NCBI GenBank assembly: GCA_965199825.1
Contig: OZ241329.1
Coordinates: forward strand, 1,152,001 to 1,216,000
Origin: Bdellovibrionales bacterium
GTDB lineage: Bacteria; Bdellovibrionota; Bdellovibrionia; Bdellovibrionales; UBA1609
Length of the DNA: 64,000 bases
Direction of reading: 5' to 3'
The first letter of the stretch is position 1. Every line of letters begins with the position of its first letter. The translations under genes and the position numbers were made by a program. Below, piece by piece: positions 29,662 through 40,931 of this stretch. Under the pieces are notes generated by a model. It worked only from the letters and a program-made list of their open reading frames with translations, was not told where the DNA came from and searched no databases.

Positions 29662-30423
29662 TTAATGGAGCGTTCTCGTGATCCAGTCATAGCCTTCTTT
29701 TTCGAGTTTTAAGGCCAGCGACCGATCTCCGCTTTTGACAATTCTGCCATCAATCAATACATGGACAAAATCAGGAACGATATAATCCAAAAGTCGTTGA
29801 TAGTGAGTGATTAACAAAATCGCATTGTTTTTATTTTTTAGTTTGCTAACACCGTCGCCCACAATTTTGAGCGAATCAATATCAAGCCCCGAATCGGTCT
29901 CATCCAAAATCGCCAGACGAGGATTAAGGATAGCCATTTGCAAAATTTCGTTTCGCTTTTTTTCACCGCCCGAGAAACCTTCGTTCACCGCGCGATCAAA
30001 AAACTGTGGGTCCATTTCGACAATCTGAGATTTTTTGCGAGCAAAATCATAAAAATCACTTTCATTCATTTCGGGAGCACCCTGATATTTGCAAATCGAA
30101 TTAAAGGCGGTTCGCAAAAAAGTCAGGTTGCTTACGCCCGGAACTTCTACCGGGTATTGGTAAGCTAAAAAAACACCTTCTTTGGCGCGCTCGTCAGGCG
30201 ACATCTCGAGCAAATTTTTTGGCTGCAGATTGACGTCATACAAAACTTCGCCACCGGTGACCGTATAGCTCGGGTGGCCTGCTAAAATTTTTGACAAGGT
30301 ACTTTTACCCGAACCGTTGGGGCCCATGATTGCATGGACTTCGCCCGCATTGATTTTAAGATTGAGCCCTTTAAGGACTTCCTTATCTTCGACTCGTGAT
30401 TTTAAATCTGTAATCGTAATCAT
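29662..30423 (-). CDS. sufC: SufC ATPase
   Basis: GPNGSGKS, FSGGEKKRNE, LDETDSGLD. Confidence 0.95.
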   Translation of the reverse strand: MITITDLKSRVEDKEVLKGLNLKINAGEVHAIMGPNGSGKSTLSKILAGHPSYTVTGGEVLYDVNLQPKNLLEMSPDERAKEGVFLAYQYPVEVPGVSNLTFLRTAFNSICKYQGAPEMNESDFYDFARKKSQIVEMDPQFFDRAVNEGFSGGEKKRNEILQMAILNPRLAILDETDSGLDIDSLKIVGDGVSKLKNKNNAILLITHYQRLLDYIVPDFVHVLIDGRIVKSGDRSLALKLEKEGYDWITRTLH

Positions 30424-31848
30424 TTATCCCACACTATTTTCTAATTTCATTTCGATCAATTTGACCGCTTCAACACTAAATTCAAGTGGCAGCTCTTTAA
30501 AAACATCTTTGCAAAATCCATTCACCAAGAGTGAGATCGCTTGCTCTTGATCGAGCCCACGCGATTGCAAATAAAAAAGCTGATCCTCGCTCAATCGTGA
30601 CGTGCTCGCCTCGTGCTCAACAATGGTGGAGCTATTTTTGACATCAATAACCGGAAAGGTATTGGCACGACTTTGATCGCCCACCAACATCGAATCACAT
30701 TGCGAATAATTTCTGGCGTTATGAGCCGATGGCAGCACTCGCACAAGTCCACGATAAGAATTATTTGAGCGATCGGTAGAGATCCCTTTGCTAATAATCG
30801 TGCTCTTGGTGTTTTTTCCGATGTGGATCATTTTTGTACCGGTATCGGCTTGCATTCGATCATGAGTCAAAGCCACAGAATAAAATGCACCCACCGAATT
30901 ATCACCTTGGAGTATCACGCTTGGATATTTCCACGTGATTGAACTTCCGGCTTCCACTTGAGTCCAAGAAATTTTTGAATTCTTGCCCGCGCATTTTCCG
31001 CGTTTGGTCACAAAATTGTAAATGCCACCGCGACCTTCACGATCACCCGCATACCAATTTTGAACCGTTGAATATTTAATCTCAGCACCTTCAAGAGCAA
31101 TCAACTCCACACATGCAGCATGGAGCTGGTTGTTGTCGCGTTGGGGAGCGGTGCAACCCTCGAGGTAATTTACAAAACTATTTTCATCAGCAATCAAAAG
31201 AGTGCGCTCAAATTGTCCGGTGTCTTTGGCATTGATTCTAAAATAGGTCGAGAGATCAATCGGGCAACGAACACCTTTGGGAATATAACAAAACGATCCA
31301 TCGGTAAAAACCGCGGCATTGAGTGCTGCAAAAAAATTATCGCGCGCCGGAATGACCGATCCCAAATATTTTTTAACAAGATCGGGATACTCTCTGATCG
31401 CCTCAGAAATTGAGCAAAAGATCACACCATGTTTTTTTAAAACATCTTGATGGGTTGTTCCCACCGAAACGCTATCAAACACCGCATCGATCGCGACCCC
31501 AGAAATTCTTTTTTGTTCGCTTAATGGGATACCTAGACGCTCAAATGTTTTGATGAGTTCGGGATCCATTTCATCCAAAGATTTTTTGGTCTCTTGTTTT
31601 TTTGGCGCAGAATAATAAGAAACGGCTTGATAATCGATGGGCTCATACTCAGCCGTTGACCAATGAGGCTCTTTCATCCCTTGCCAAATTTTAAAAGCTT
31701 TTAGCCGTTGCTCGAGCATCCACTCTGGTTCTGATTTCTTATTTGAAATAAAACGGATCACGTCTTCATTGAGTCCCTTAGGAGCCGTATCGCTTTCAAC
31801 ATCAGAAATAAAACCGTATTTGTATTCACGCTCTAGTGGTTCTTTCAT
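30424..31848 (-). CDS. sufB: SufB Fe-S assembly protein
   Basis: YKYGF, GQFERTL, EGCTAP, HEAS. Confidence 0.95.
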   Translation of the reverse strand: MKEPLEREYKYGFISDVESDTAPKGLNEDVIRFISNKKSEPEWMLEQRLKAFKIWQGMKEPHWSTAEYEPIDYQAVSYYSAPKKQETKKSLDEMDPELIKTFERLGIPLSEQKRISGVAIDAVFDSVSVGTTHQDVLKKHGVIFCSISEAIREYPDLVKKYLGSVIPARDNFFAALNAAVFTDGSFCYIPKGVRCPIDLSTYFRINAKDTGQFERTLLIADENSFVNYLEGCTAPQRDNNQLHAACVELIALEGAEIKYSTVQNWYAGDREGRGGIYNFVTKRGKCAGKNSKISWTQVEAGSSITWKYPSVILQGDNSVGAFYSVALTHDRMQADTGTKMIHIGKNTKSTIISKGISTDRSNNSYRGLVRVLPSAHNARNYSQCDSMLVGDQSRANTFPVIDVKNSSTIVEHEASTSRLSEDQLFYLQSRGLDQEQAISLLVNGFCKDVFKELPLEFSVEAVKLIEMKLENSVG

Positions 31849-32248
31849 TTTTGATAAGCTCCTTAATGGTCACATTTTGATAAAAAACTTTTAATCGTCG
31901 ATTCAGTTCGCTGAGTGAAGATTGCAAATTACAAGTGTCAGAAAGATCGCAACTCTTTTTTTCGTGAAGGCAGCGAGTGATATGCTTTGGCCCTTCGATG
32001 ATTTCGACCAAATCAAGCAGCGACACTTTAGATAAATTTTTAGTCAAAAAATATCCGCCGTAGGCCCCTTGCTCAGACTTTAAAAGACCTCGTTGTGCCA
32101 TTGCCTGCATCACTCGTGCGGTCGCATCAAAGGGAGCGCCGGTGAGCTCGACCACTTCTTTTGCGGTGGTGAGTTTCGATTTTCCCTTATCACTCATCAC
32201 TCGCAGAGCCATCAGCGCGTATTCAACTTTGCGATTCAGAGGTTTCAT
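31826..32248 (-). CDS. Rrf2/IscR-family transcriptional regulator
   Basis: EYAL, GAYGGY, three Cys ([14 protein letters not shown]); heads the suf operon. Confidence 0.85.
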   Translation of the reverse strand: MKPLNRKVEYALMALRVMSDKGKSKLTTAKEVVELTGAPFDATARVMQAMAQRGLLKSEQGAYGGYFLTKNLSKVSLLDLVEIIEGPKHITRCLHEKKSCDLSDTCNLQSSLSELNRRLKVFYQNVTIKELIKNERTTRA

Positions 32249-32327
32249 TTGATTGAAAACTAATTGATTACGCGCAGAATAGCAATTAAATAGGTCTTTT
32301 TTTAGCGTAATTCATTTTGAAAAGGTT

Positions 32328-33089
32328 GTGAGTGTTGTGTTGAGAATTTTTGCAATTTCGATTTCGTCCATTGCAGCAGTTGGTCTTGTGATTTGTATGA
32401 TGCGAGTCGCGGGATTAACCACCGGGTATGCGCCCCTTCATCACCCTTTTTCAGATCTTGAGCATCCCATTGTGGCTTTAGGTGGTGATGGTGATCCCCA
32501 AGATTCTCTTGAAGCCTACGACCGCGCTCTGGCCTTGGGATCTCAAGTGGTTTTAGGGATTCATGCTAATCGCAGTCTTGATGGAGTGTGGATCGCTTCG
32601 ACCAATGATCGACTTCAAGTGGAGAATTATGACGGGAAAACTTTAAAGATCTCGGATGTTGTTCAACGCTACACTGAGCCGGTTTTATACATTGAGGTTC
32701 GGGTGCGATTTCCTCAAGTGATGCATGAGCTGGTAAAAGTTCTCGATCCAAAGGACAAAGAAGAACGGTTCGTGATTCACAGCGCGTATGCTACCGCTTC
32801 GCGTGAGATTCGAAAAATCAGACCTCTGTGGCTTTATGGATCTGACCCCTCAACCATTGTTCGCTTTTTAACAATGAGCTCCATTTATCTTGAAACGATC
32901 ACCGATCTCAAAGCGGACCTTGTGGTTTCCCCAATAGAACTGCGCGGTCGGCCGGTTTTTACTCCCCGGGTAATTCAAGAAATTGAACGGCGACAAAAGT
33001 TGATCATGGTAGAAGAGCCAGAAAATTTTCCGCCTCAAGCATTCGGCGTTGTGACGACAAAGGTCAGGAAGCTGTTGAATTCAAAGTAA
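32328..33089 (+). CDS. Glycerophosphodiester phosphodiesterase-like protein (degenerate)
   Basis: QDSLEAYDRAL, SLDGVWI, YIEVR, GVVT resemble GDPD, but the HRG motif is absent. Confidence 0.5.
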   Translation: MSVVLRIFAISISSIAAVGLVICMMRVAGLTTGYAPLHHPFSDLEHPIVALGGDGDPQDSLEAYDRALALGSQVVLGIHANRSLDGVWIASTNDRLQVENYDGKTLKISDVVQRYTEPVLYIEVRVRFPQVMHELVKVLDPKDKEERFVIHSAYATASREIRKIRPLWLYGSDPSTIVRFLTMSSIYLETITDLKADLVVSPIELRGRPVFTPRVIQEIERRQKLIMVEEPENFPPQAFGVVTTKVRKLLNSK

Positions 33090-33105
33090 TTCGTGGTTAG
33101 CCTTT

Positions 33106-33816
33106 TTGGATATGACACCACAGATTGCAATCAACACCGGAATTTTAAATGCCCTTACTTCGGCAAATATTGTCGTCCAACTGACGCTTTTAATTTTAGC
33201 GACACTCTCTGTCCTTTCATGGGCGGTGATTGTTTCTAAACGGCGCCAGTTTAGTCGAACCATATCTGCGAACGAACCGTTTTTGGATAATTTTTGGAAG
33301 GCGGGATCTTTAGAGGAAATTTTTAATACTCTCAAAGAATATCCCACTTCGAATATGGCCAATGTGTTTCGTGCCGGCTATACCGAGCTCAAAAAAATCG
33401 CCGATTCAAAGCTTGCCAAAAACAGTGAGTCGGGACCACTGCTCTCGGGTCTTGATAATTTGGAGCGCGCTTTAAGAAAATCGATCGACAATGAAATCGC
33501 CGAGCTTGAAACCTACCTCCCACTTTTAGCAACCACAGGAAGTACAGGGCCGTTCATTGGATTATTCGGAACGGTTTGGGGAATCATGGGCGCGTTTCAT
33601 AAAATAGGGGCGACAGGGATGGCAAGCCTTGCGGTGGTGGCACCCGGAATTTCTGAAGCCTTGGTTGCAACTGGAGTTGGATTATTCGCCGCCATTCCGG
33701 CAACCGTAGCTTACAACGTCTTTGTGACGAAGCTTCGAAAAGAAGAGATTGCACTTCAAAGTTTTTCTGCCGATTTTTTAAATATCGCTAAACGTAATTT
33801 TTTTCGGGATAACTAA
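33106..33816 (+). CDS. tolQ: TolQ
   Basis: GSTGPFIGLFGTVWGIM, VAPGISEAL. Confidence 0.92.
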   Translation: MDMTPQIAINTGILNALTSANIVVQLTLLILATLSVLSWAVIVSKRRQFSRTISANEPFLDNFWKAGSLEEIFNTLKEYPTSNMANVFRAGYTELKKIADSKLAKNSESGPLLSGLDNLERALRKSIDNEIAELETYLPLLATTGSTGPFIGLFGTVWGIMGAFHKIGATGMASLAVVAPGISEALVATGVGLFAAIPATVAYNVFVTKLRKEEIALQSFSADFLNIAKRNFFRDN

Positions 33817-34238
33817 TGGCAATGTCGTCGCCCCGAGGTTCGCGGGTTGCATTCAGTGAGATCAATATTACACCCCTTGTAGATGTGATGTTGGTGCTGT
33901 TGATTATTTTTATGGTCACCGCTCCGATGATGCAACAAGGGCTAGATGTCGACTTGCCAGAAACTGCAAGCACCGGTGTTGCTACCAATGACGAGCCTTT
34001 TGTTTTGGTCATCAAGAAAGATCGCGAGATGCGAGCGGGCGAAGCGGTTTTGAATATCGATAACCTTGCCACCAAACTTCAGGCTATTTTTGCGACTCGT
34101 AAAAATAAACAAATTTATATCCAAGCAGACAAACAGGTTGATTACGGTTTTGTTGCTGAAGCCATGGGTGAGATTCGGGCTGCAGGGATTTTTCAGATTG
34201 GATTGATCACCAATCCGAGCACGCGTCATCGTGAATGA
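33816..34238 (+). CDS. tolR: TolR
   Basis: EINITPLVDVMLVLLIIFM. Confidence 0.92.
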   Translation: MAMSSPRGSRVAFSEINITPLVDVMLVLLIIFMVTAPMMQQGLDVDLPETASTGVATNDEPFVLVIKKDREMRAGEAVLNIDNLATKLQAIFATRKNKQIYIQADKQVDYGFVAEAMGEIRAAGIFQIGLITNPSTRHRE

Positions 34239-34917
34239 TTTGGCTTTTCGTAAAGCAATTACGGTTTCGCTTATTGGTCATGCCTTCTTGGTCATTCTTT
34301 TGCTTTGTCGCACTTTCTTTTTGCCTTCGGAGTCGCTGGATCTAAAAAATTCGATTCGTGTCGACATGGTCGGCTTGCCAGATAAAATTCGCTCGCAACC
34401 TGAGGCCTCAGCACCCACTGCGCCCCAACCGGTCAAAATCGCAAAACCCGAAACCCCTAAAGAGGGCATAAAACCCGGGGCTAAAGTTGCTGAAAAAAAA
34501 GCGCTCGATCGATTGAAGGCGATGGAAGCGATCGATAAGTTAAAAACATCTTCGGACGCACCCCAAAAACCAAAAGAGCAGACCTTTAAAGGGAATGTCG
34601 TTAACAGCGGCGATAGTCTTTCGGGTTTGGAGAAGATTCAGTTCAACGAATACTTCACAGCGGTTAAAAATAAACTTCGCGAAAATTTTCATCTGCCCAA
34701 GTGGCTGGTTGATGCCAACCTTCGTGCACAGGCCATGGCACTGATTGATGAAAATGGATTTGTTATTCATCGCGAAATTGTGAAGAGTTCAGGTAACGAT
34801 GTGTTTGACGGAATGATATTGGATAGTATCGATAAGTCATCGCCCTTTACACCGCCCCCGGCTCGATTAAAAACAGTCCTTCAATTTAAAGGCGTGGTTT
34901 TTAACTTTCCAGATTAA
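34231..34917 (+). CDS. tolA: TolA/TonB-like protein
   Basis: SLxxH TM motif, Pro/Lys linker, SSGNDVFD; lies between tolR and tolB. Confidence 0.8.
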   Translation: MNDLAFRKAITVSLIGHAFLVILLLCRTFFLPSESLDLKNSIRVDMVGLPDKIRSQPEASAPTAPQPVKIAKPETPKEGIKPGAKVAEKKALDRLKAMEAIDKLKTSSDAPQKPKEQTFKGNVVNSGDSLSGLEKIQFNEYFTAVKNKLRENFHLPKWLVDANLRAQAMALIDENGFVIHREIVKSSGNDVFDGMILDSIDKSSPFTPPPARLKTVLQFKGVVFNFPD

Positions 34918-34928
34918 GGAGTTTTTGT

Positions 34929-36269
34929 ATGTTGAGTTTTATCTTTTTATTGAGCGCCGCATTTGCCCAAGAAAAAATCTATATCGATGTGGGCCAAGCC
35001 CAAGTTCGCCAAAGTGTTTTGGCTCTTCCACCGCTTAAATCTCAGGGCAGTGTGAGCGGAGTCGGTAATGATATTTTTAAGGTGATCTCCAATGATCTTG
35101 AAGCCACCGGATTATTTCAAATTTTAAAACCTGAGGCTTTTCTTGAAGACACTGCAGCTACCGGATTAAAGCCTGCTCCTGGCGAGCCCGGCGGTTTTGA
35201 TTTTGCTAAATGGAAGCCTCAGCAAACCGACTTTTTGATTCGGGGTGGATATAAAGTTGATGGGGCAAAGCTCACACTTGAAATGTATATTTACTATGTG
35301 CCGCAAGCCAAATTGTTGCTTGGCCGCACCTACGAGGGCCAAGTGGATATCGCCAGAAAAATGGCTCACACTTACGCCAACGATGTATTAAAAGCCTTAA
35401 CGGGTAAACAAGGAATGTTTTTAACTCGTATTGCAGTCTCGAGTGATCGTGCGGATAAAAAGACCAAAGAAATATTTGTGATGGATTGGGACGGCGAGAA
35501 TATAAAACAAATCTCTCAACATCAGTCGATTGCGATTTCGCCAGCGTGGTCTGAGGATTCAACGAAAGTTGCCTATACCGCTTTTGCCTTTCACAAATCA
35601 GCACAAGTGCGAAACGCCGATGTTTTTGTCTATGAGTTGCTAACAGGCAAAAGATTTTTGGTTTCGTATAAAAAAGGAATCAATTCAGGCGCCTGTTTCG
35701 CTCCAGGGAACACCGACATATTTTTAACAATCTCCACCGAAGGCACGCCTGATATTTATCGCATGAGCCTTGATGGAAAATCCTCAACTTCGATTACTAA
35801 GGGGCCAAACGGGGCGATGAACGTGGAACCTGCGGTTTCGCCAGATGGAAAAAAACTTGCCTTTTCATCCGATCGTTCTGGCAAACCGATGATTTACACC
35901 ATGGATAGCGACGGCAAAAATGCGAAGCGCATCACTTTTGGGGGCAAGTACAATTCCACTCCAACTTGGTCGCCGGATGGAAAAGTGTTGGCCTTTGCAG
36001 GATATGAAAAAGATCATTTCGATATTTTTACCATCAACGTGGATGGCACCGGGCTTAAGCGATTGACCGAAGCCACCCGCATTGACACCAAAAAACCGGC
36101 AACGAATGAAGATCCCACCTTTTCGCCGGATGGGCGGCATGTGATGTTTATTAGCGACCGTACCGGCACTAAGCAGCTTTGGATTGTGAACTCAGACGGC
36201 TCAAATGAGCGACGTATCACAACCGATAAATTTAATTATTTTAAACCCAAATGGTCTAACTTTCCCTAA
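34929..36269 (+). CDS. tolB: TolB
   Basis: TolB N-domain plus PD40 repeats (PAWS, SPDG). Confidence 0.92.
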   Translation: MLSFIFLLSAAFAQEKIYIDVGQAQVRQSVLALPPLKSQGSVSGVGNDIFKVISNDLEATGLFQILKPEAFLEDTAATGLKPAPGEPGGFDFAKWKPQQTDFLIRGGYKVDGAKLTLEMYIYYVPQAKLLLGRTYEGQVDIARKMAHTYANDVLKALTGKQGMFLTRIAVSSDRADKKTKEIFVMDWDGENIKQISQHQSIAISPAWSEDSTKVAYTAFAFHKSAQVRNADVFVYELLTGKRFLVSYKKGINSGACFAPGNTDIFLTISTEGTPDIYRMSLDGKSSTSITKGPNGAMNVEPAVSPDGKKLAFSSDRSGKPMIYTMDSDGKNAKRITFGGKYNSTPTWSPDGKVLAFAGYEKDHFDIFTINVDGTGLKRLTEATRIDTKKPATNEDPTFSPDGRHVMFISDRTGTKQLWIVNSDGSNERRITTDKFNYFKPKWSNFP

Positions 36270-36281
36270 ACGGAGCTTCAG

Positions 36282-36935
36282 ATGATCACATTTTTTATAG
36301 CAACACTTTTGAGCGTGTCCTTTGCCCAAATCCCGGTTAAAAAAGTCGACACCAAAGAAAAAACCAAAACAGAATCGAAAGGAACTTCAAAAAAAATGTT
36401 TGTTATTTTTGAAATCGAACAAGACGGAAAAAGTTTAGGAAAAATCAAAGCCAAACTCTTTGATAAATATGCACCCAACACGGTGGATAACTTTGTGGGT
36501 CTTGCAGAAGGCACCAAAGAATCCACAATCAAAGATCCCAAGACTGGTAAACCAAGTAAAGCCAAGCGCCATTTTTATGATGGTCTGATTTTTCACCGAG
36601 TGATTCCAGGATTTATGATTCAAGGCGGAGATCCTGAGGGCAAAGGTTATGGCGACCCTGGCTATAAATTTAAAGATGAATTTTCGCCTTATGCCAAACA
36701 TGACAAACCCGGCATGCTCTCGATGGCGAACTCAGGAGCTAACACCAATGGTTCGCAATTTTTTATTACTTTAGACGCGGTTCCGCATCTGGATAATAAA
36801 CATTCTGTGTTTGGTGAGGTCGTTGAAGGCCTTGATGTGGTCAAGGCCATTGCGGCGGTTCCAAGAGATCGATCCAATGATATGCCTAAGTCGCCCGTGA
36901 TTATGAAAAAGCTCACAATCGAGCGAGAAAACTAA
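36282..36935 (+). CDS. Exported cyclophilin-type PPIase
   Basis: [33 protein letters not shown]. Confidence 0.93.
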   Translation: MITFFIATLLSVSFAQIPVKKVDTKEKTKTESKGTSKKMFVIFEIEQDGKSLGKIKAKLFDKYAPNTVDNFVGLAEGTKESTIKDPKTGKPSKAKRHFYDGLIFHRVIPGFMIQGGDPEGKGYGDPGYKFKDEFSPYAKHDKPGMLSMANSGANTNGSQFFITLDAVPHLDNKHSVFGEVVEGLDVVKAIAAVPRDRSNDMPKSPVIMKKLTIEREN

Positions 36936-38257
36936 TCCGTCGAAACGCATCCCAATCGGTCATTGCGATATTCGGATTTTGAACTCCAAAATCCAATGAC
37001 CGAGGCAATCACTTCTTTATCGTCATTGGTCCGAACTCTAAAAACGTTCGGATCAAAATGCACCATCTCTCGACAAGCCTGATCACTGAGTCCCGAAACA
37101 TACCGGCAAGAGCAATAAAAATGTGATGTCAGTCGTGAACCCAACTGAACAAGTGAGCTCGAGGTTGTATCCATACTTAATGGATCGGCTTCGTCACGCA
37201 AATCGTAATACTGTTTGGTGGGAGCATTCATCGGTTTTAAGCTTGGCGCGACTTCGGCAACCATCAGTCTTAAAAATTGCGAGATATCAAAATCGTCGTG
37301 TTGATCATCACCAAATCGGACCGCCACCAATTGCATCGAGGGGATCACAATCAAATACTGTCCGCGGAGTCCTACGGCCATATAGGTGTCGCTGGGAATT
37401 TCATTATTCAGCGCGACGGTTGGTTTTCTAAAATGTTTGAGTGGCACAGTGCTATCCGCAAATTCAGATGTCAGTTTAAAATTGGTGTTGGGTGCGGTGA
37501 GGTAATCAATCCAACTTGCCGGTACCAATTGTTTGCCGTCAATTTGACCTTTATTTAAGTAGAATTGGCCGAATTTTAAAAGATCCCTGGCGCTAATATA
37601 AATCAGAGCTCCGCCAACATAAAGCCCCGACATGTCCTGCTCGAAAGTCACTTCGGTGATATTCAAAGGATCAAAAAGATTTTTCCACGGATTTTCGTCG
37701 GGACCCCAAACCGATTTTAGTAAGCCCGTGAGTGCGGTGGAATCTCCGGTTGAATAGCTATAAACAGTTCCATGTTTATTGGCAAAAGGCAGATTTAAAA
37801 AATAGCGAAACATATCAAAGCGCCCGGGGCCCGCAAGCATTTGAGCAACCGTGATTTTGGCTTGATCTGAAGTTTTTGGATTCTCGTTCCACTTGATTCC
37901 ACTCGACCAATTTAACAGATCTTCCACTGTGATTTGGCAGTGTTCATTGGACACCCAATCGGAATGACCCTTACACACGCTATCTTGCAGAGTGATTTGA
38001 CCCTTTTCAATCGCCATTCCGATCATTGTGGCGGTGAAACTTTTGGTAACTGACCAAGCGATATGTCGACTTTCTGGTTTGTAGCCGCGGGCATAACGCT
38101 CAACAAGGGTTTGGCCTCCGCGATTGACGATCAAGGCGTCGGATTGAGCGGCTCCTGAAATTCCATTTCGTGAAAAAACATAGCGCTCCATTTCTGTTTC
38201 GCCAAAAGCAGATGACGTTGCAAAAAAAAGTAGAAAACAAAATATTGATTTTAGCAT
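36932..38257 (-). CDS. Beta-lactamase-like serine hydrolase (CubicO/AmpC family)
   Basis: SVTK (SxxK), YSYS, GLRGQ; start re-estimated at ATG 38257. Confidence 0.85.
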   Translation of the reverse strand: MLKSIFCFLLFFATSSAFGETEMERYVFSRNGISGAAQSDALIVNRGGQTLVERYARGYKPESRHIAWSVTKSFTATMIGMAIEKGQITLQDSVCKGHSDWVSNEHCQITVEDLLNWSSGIKWNENPKTSDQAKITVAQMLAGPGRFDMFRYFLNLPFANKHGTVYSYSTGDSTALTGLLKSVWGPDENPWKNLFDPLNITEVTFEQDMSGLYVGGALIYISARDLLKFGQFYLNKGQIDGKQLVPASWIDYLTAPNTNFKLTSEFADSTVPLKHFRKPTVALNNEIPSDTYMAVGLRGQYLIVIPSMQLVAVRFGDDQHDDFDISQFLRLMVAEVAPSLKPMNAPTKQYYDLRDEADPLSMDTTSSSLVQLGSRLTSHFYCSCRYVSGLSDQACREMVHFDPNVFRVRTNDDKEVIASVIGFWSSKSEYRNDRLGCVSTD

Positions 38258-38340
38258 TTTAAAAACCCCCATCCTTAGTGTGAGAGGGACTTTCAAAGGA
38301 TTAAAGCCAAAAAAGTGCGTCACGACTAAAGGCTGGATAT

Positions 38341-38985
38341 TCAGTATATCGCAGCATCTTGAGATAAAATTACGATGTCCAATCGCTCTTCACCTGTGCG
38401 GCTTGAAGAGATCACATCACCCGGCTCAAGTTGAAATGCCGAGATTAAAAAGCGAGCGCTACTTGTCGATCGCAAAGAGCTAATGTCACGATCTGCACCA
38501 TAAACTTCGAGTAGGAGATGGCGATGGAGTGTTTTTACAAAGGCTCCAAACTTGGTAAGAATTTGGGCTCCCGCTTTTGAGAATTTTGCTGTCTGCGGCG
38601 CAAAGACTTTGCTGGCATCAAAGCTAATCCGAACTCCCATTTCTTCAGCTGCGATATCTAGGACCAATGGGCTTTTTTTAAAATGGGTTTCGACAAATTC
38701 TTCGAGATCTCTTTGAAGTTCCGAATCTCCTTGGCGGTAGGAGGGGATGGGGGGCTCGATCGGTGAGTTGAGTTTTTCGGCTTCATTGGTTTGGGCTTTG
38801 CCACTGCCGCTGCCGCCGCTTGCTTTGATTAAATATTTTTTTACCGATTCTTCGAACTCTTTGGTTTTTTGCGAATCTCTTTCAGAGGTCGCATAAAGCA
38901 CCACAAAAAATGCAAATAACAGCGTGATAAAATCGGCGTAAGAAACAAGCCATCGTTCGGAGGGGCCATCTTCTTCTTCGGTCAT
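38341..38985 (-). CDS. motB: Flagellar stator MotB (degenerate C-terminal domain)
   Basis: WLVSYADFITLLFAFFVVLY. Confidence 0.85.
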   Translation of the reverse strand: MTEEEDGPSERWLVSYADFITLLFAFFVVLYATSERDSQKTKEFEESVKKYLIKASGGSGSGKAQTNEAEKLNSPIEPPIPSYRQGDSELQRDLEEFVETHFKKSPLVLDIAAEEMGVRISFDASKVFAPQTAKFSKAGAQILTKFGAFVKTLHRHLLLEVYGADRDISSLRSTSSARFLISAFQLEPGDVISSSRTGEERLDIVILSQDAAIY

Positions 38986-39734
38986 AGTGGCAACTCGGTG
39001 TATGAGCGCATTTTTTCTTCGATGATATAGGGGTTAAGACCACTTGCGATTCCGATCGCAGCTTCGACAATCATATGTTTGATTTCGGTTTCGATCTTGA
39101 TCGATTTTCTCACTTTATTAGCAATAGGAATAAAAATAAGGTTGGCAGAGCCGACTCCATAAATTGTTGCAACGAATGCAACCGCAATCCCTCGCCCCAG
39201 TGCCGAAGTGTCTGAGAGATTCGACATCACATGAATCAGACCAAGGACGGCTCCCAAAATTCCGACGGTAGGTGCAAAGCCACCGGCATCGTTCCAAACC
39301 TTTACTCCTTGCATGAGGCGTGTTTCGGTCACTTGCATTTCGCTATCGAAAATCTTTTTTAAACTCTCAGCCTCAACTCCATCGATCATGTAGCGAAATA
39401 CATTTTTCATATAGCTCGATGAAAATCCATTGATCTTAGTTTCCAGCGACAAGAGCGATTCTCTGCGTGCGGTTTGAGAGGCAGTTATAAGTTCTTGAGC
39501 AATGCGCTTGCGATCTTTTAAGGCTTGGTTGCGCATGGAGCGTTTAAACAAACGAATTGCTAAACGGACGTCTGGCATTCCGTGCGACATCAAGACCGCA
39601 CCAAAAGTTCCGCCAAACACAATGAGTGCAGCGGTTCCTTGAATGAGCGAGGCAATGTGACCCCCGTCGATAAAATTGCCAAGGAGAATGCCGCCTAGGC
39701 TAAGGGTGAGTCCGAGTACTGTTGCTGCGTCCAT
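38982..39734 (-). CDS. motA: Flagellar stator MotA
   Basis: ARRESLLSLE, APTVGILGAVLGLI, AFVATIYG. Confidence 0.92.
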   Translation of the reverse strand: MDAATVLGLTLSLGGILLGNFIDGGHIASLIQGTAALIVFGGTFGAVLMSHGMPDVRLAIRLFKRSMRNQALKDRKRIAQELITASQTARRESLLSLETKINGFSSSYMKNVFRYMIDGVEAESLKKIFDSEMQVTETRLMQGVKVWNDAGGFAPTVGILGAVLGLIHVMSNLSDTSALGRGIAVAFVATIYGVGSANLIFIPIANKVRKSIKIETEIKHMIVEAAIGIASGLNPYIIEEKMRSYTELPL

Positions 39735-39916
39735 GCCGCTCCCAAAAGAGATTTGTATTTAAAAATTTTTGTTTTGATTTCGCTCAATGCTGTTTTGACT
39801 AAAAGAGTTTTGCCATCAAAAAATGTGATCAAACAGTCTGGGCAAGCCTCGACAAAACGAATGTGGTCGGGGTTTACCAAAACCAAATCTCCATTCATGC
39901 GCTCAAGCTCAATCAT
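39695..39916 (-). CDS. flbD: Flagellar FlbD-family protein
   Basis: MIELERMNG..LVNPDHIRFVEACPD..IT; directly upstream of motA. Confidence 0.8.
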   Translation of the reverse strand: MIELERMNGDLVLVNPDHIRFVEACPDCLITFFDGKTLLVKTALSEIKTKIFKYKSLLGAAWTQQQYSDSPLA

Positions 39917-39962
39917 ATAAATACTTTTACACAAGCCTTTAAGCTTGTATATCTGATGCTCT

Positions 39963-40931
39963 ATGAAAGCCTTGGTAACCGGAGCATCAGGATTTGTTGG
40001 AACATGGTTGGTTCGAGCGCTACGCGAGTCAGGGACCAAAGTCCGTGTTCTCAGTCGTGGTCCTATTTCGGTGGGTGACGATGTCGAAGTCTTTCAAGGT
40101 GATATCACAGACCCGCTCAGTACCAGACGTGCGTGCGATGGTATAGATACGGTCTATCATCTTGCTGGAGTTGTGGGTTACTCAAAAAAAATGCGCGCCC
40201 AAATGGAAAAGGTCAATGTCCTCGGCACCAAATGTATGGTGGATGCGGCTCTTGAGGCCAATGTTTCAAAATTTTTGATGATGTCCTCAGTGGTTGCTGT
40301 GGGGGCAAGTTTTGATAAAACAGTTCTAAATGAAGAGTCCCCCTATACCATCGCTCACCTTAATCTTGGATATTTTGAAACTAAACGTGCAGCTGAAATC
40401 TACGTGCGTAAAGCATTTGAAGACAGAGGATTACCTTCTGTCATTGTGAATCCCTCGACCATCTATGGGCCAGGCGATGCAAAAAAAGGGAGTCGCGGAG
40501 TTCAGCTTAAAGTCGCCCGTGGCAAGATCCCGTTTTATACCGGCGGCGGGGTGAGCGTGATCGGAATTGATGAGCTCATTCCTGCGGTCATCGAGGCAGC
40601 CCAACACGGACGGCTTGGAGAACGCTACATTCTCTCGGGCGAAAATATCACCATACAACATTTGTTTGATCTTATCGCCGAGTGTGCGGGCATCAAACCT
40701 CCTTCGATTTATTTGCCCAACCCCGTGGTGCACGCCTTAGGCGCTCTAGGCGAAGGTCTAGAAAAAGTGGGCCTTAAAGGTCCGTTGAACCGCGAAAATG
40801 CATGGACCTCGACTCTGTTTCATTGGTTTGACTGCAGCAAAGCCCAAAAGGAGTTAGGATTAAAATCCAAACCCGCGGGACTTGCGATCGAGGAGAGTGT
40901 CAAATGGATGAAAGACAATAAGCTCATATGA
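39963..40931 (+). CDS. NAD-dependent epimerase/dehydratase (extended SDR, HpnA-like)
   Basis: TGASGFVG, YFETK, VNPSTIYGPGD. Confidence 0.85.
   Translation: MKALVTGASGFVGTWLVRALRESGTKVRVLSRGPISVGDDVEVFQGDITDPLSTRRACDGIDTVYHLAGVVGYSKKMRAQMEKVNVLGTKCMVDAALEANVSKFLMMSSVVAVGASFDKTVLNEESPYTIAHLNLGYFETKRAAEIYVRKAFEDRGLPSVIVNPSTIYGPGDAKKGSRGVQLKVARGKIPFYTGGGVSVIGIDELIPAVIEAAQHGRLGERYILSGENITIQHLFDLIAECAGIKPPSIYLPNPVVHALGALGEGLEKVGLKGPLNRENAWTSTLFHWFDCSKAQKELGLKSKPAGLAIEESVKWMKDNKLI

Noticed and set aside
36269..36282. Absence of pal after tolB as evidence of gene loss
   Set aside because: pal may lie elsewhere in the genome; this cannot be judged from the window.
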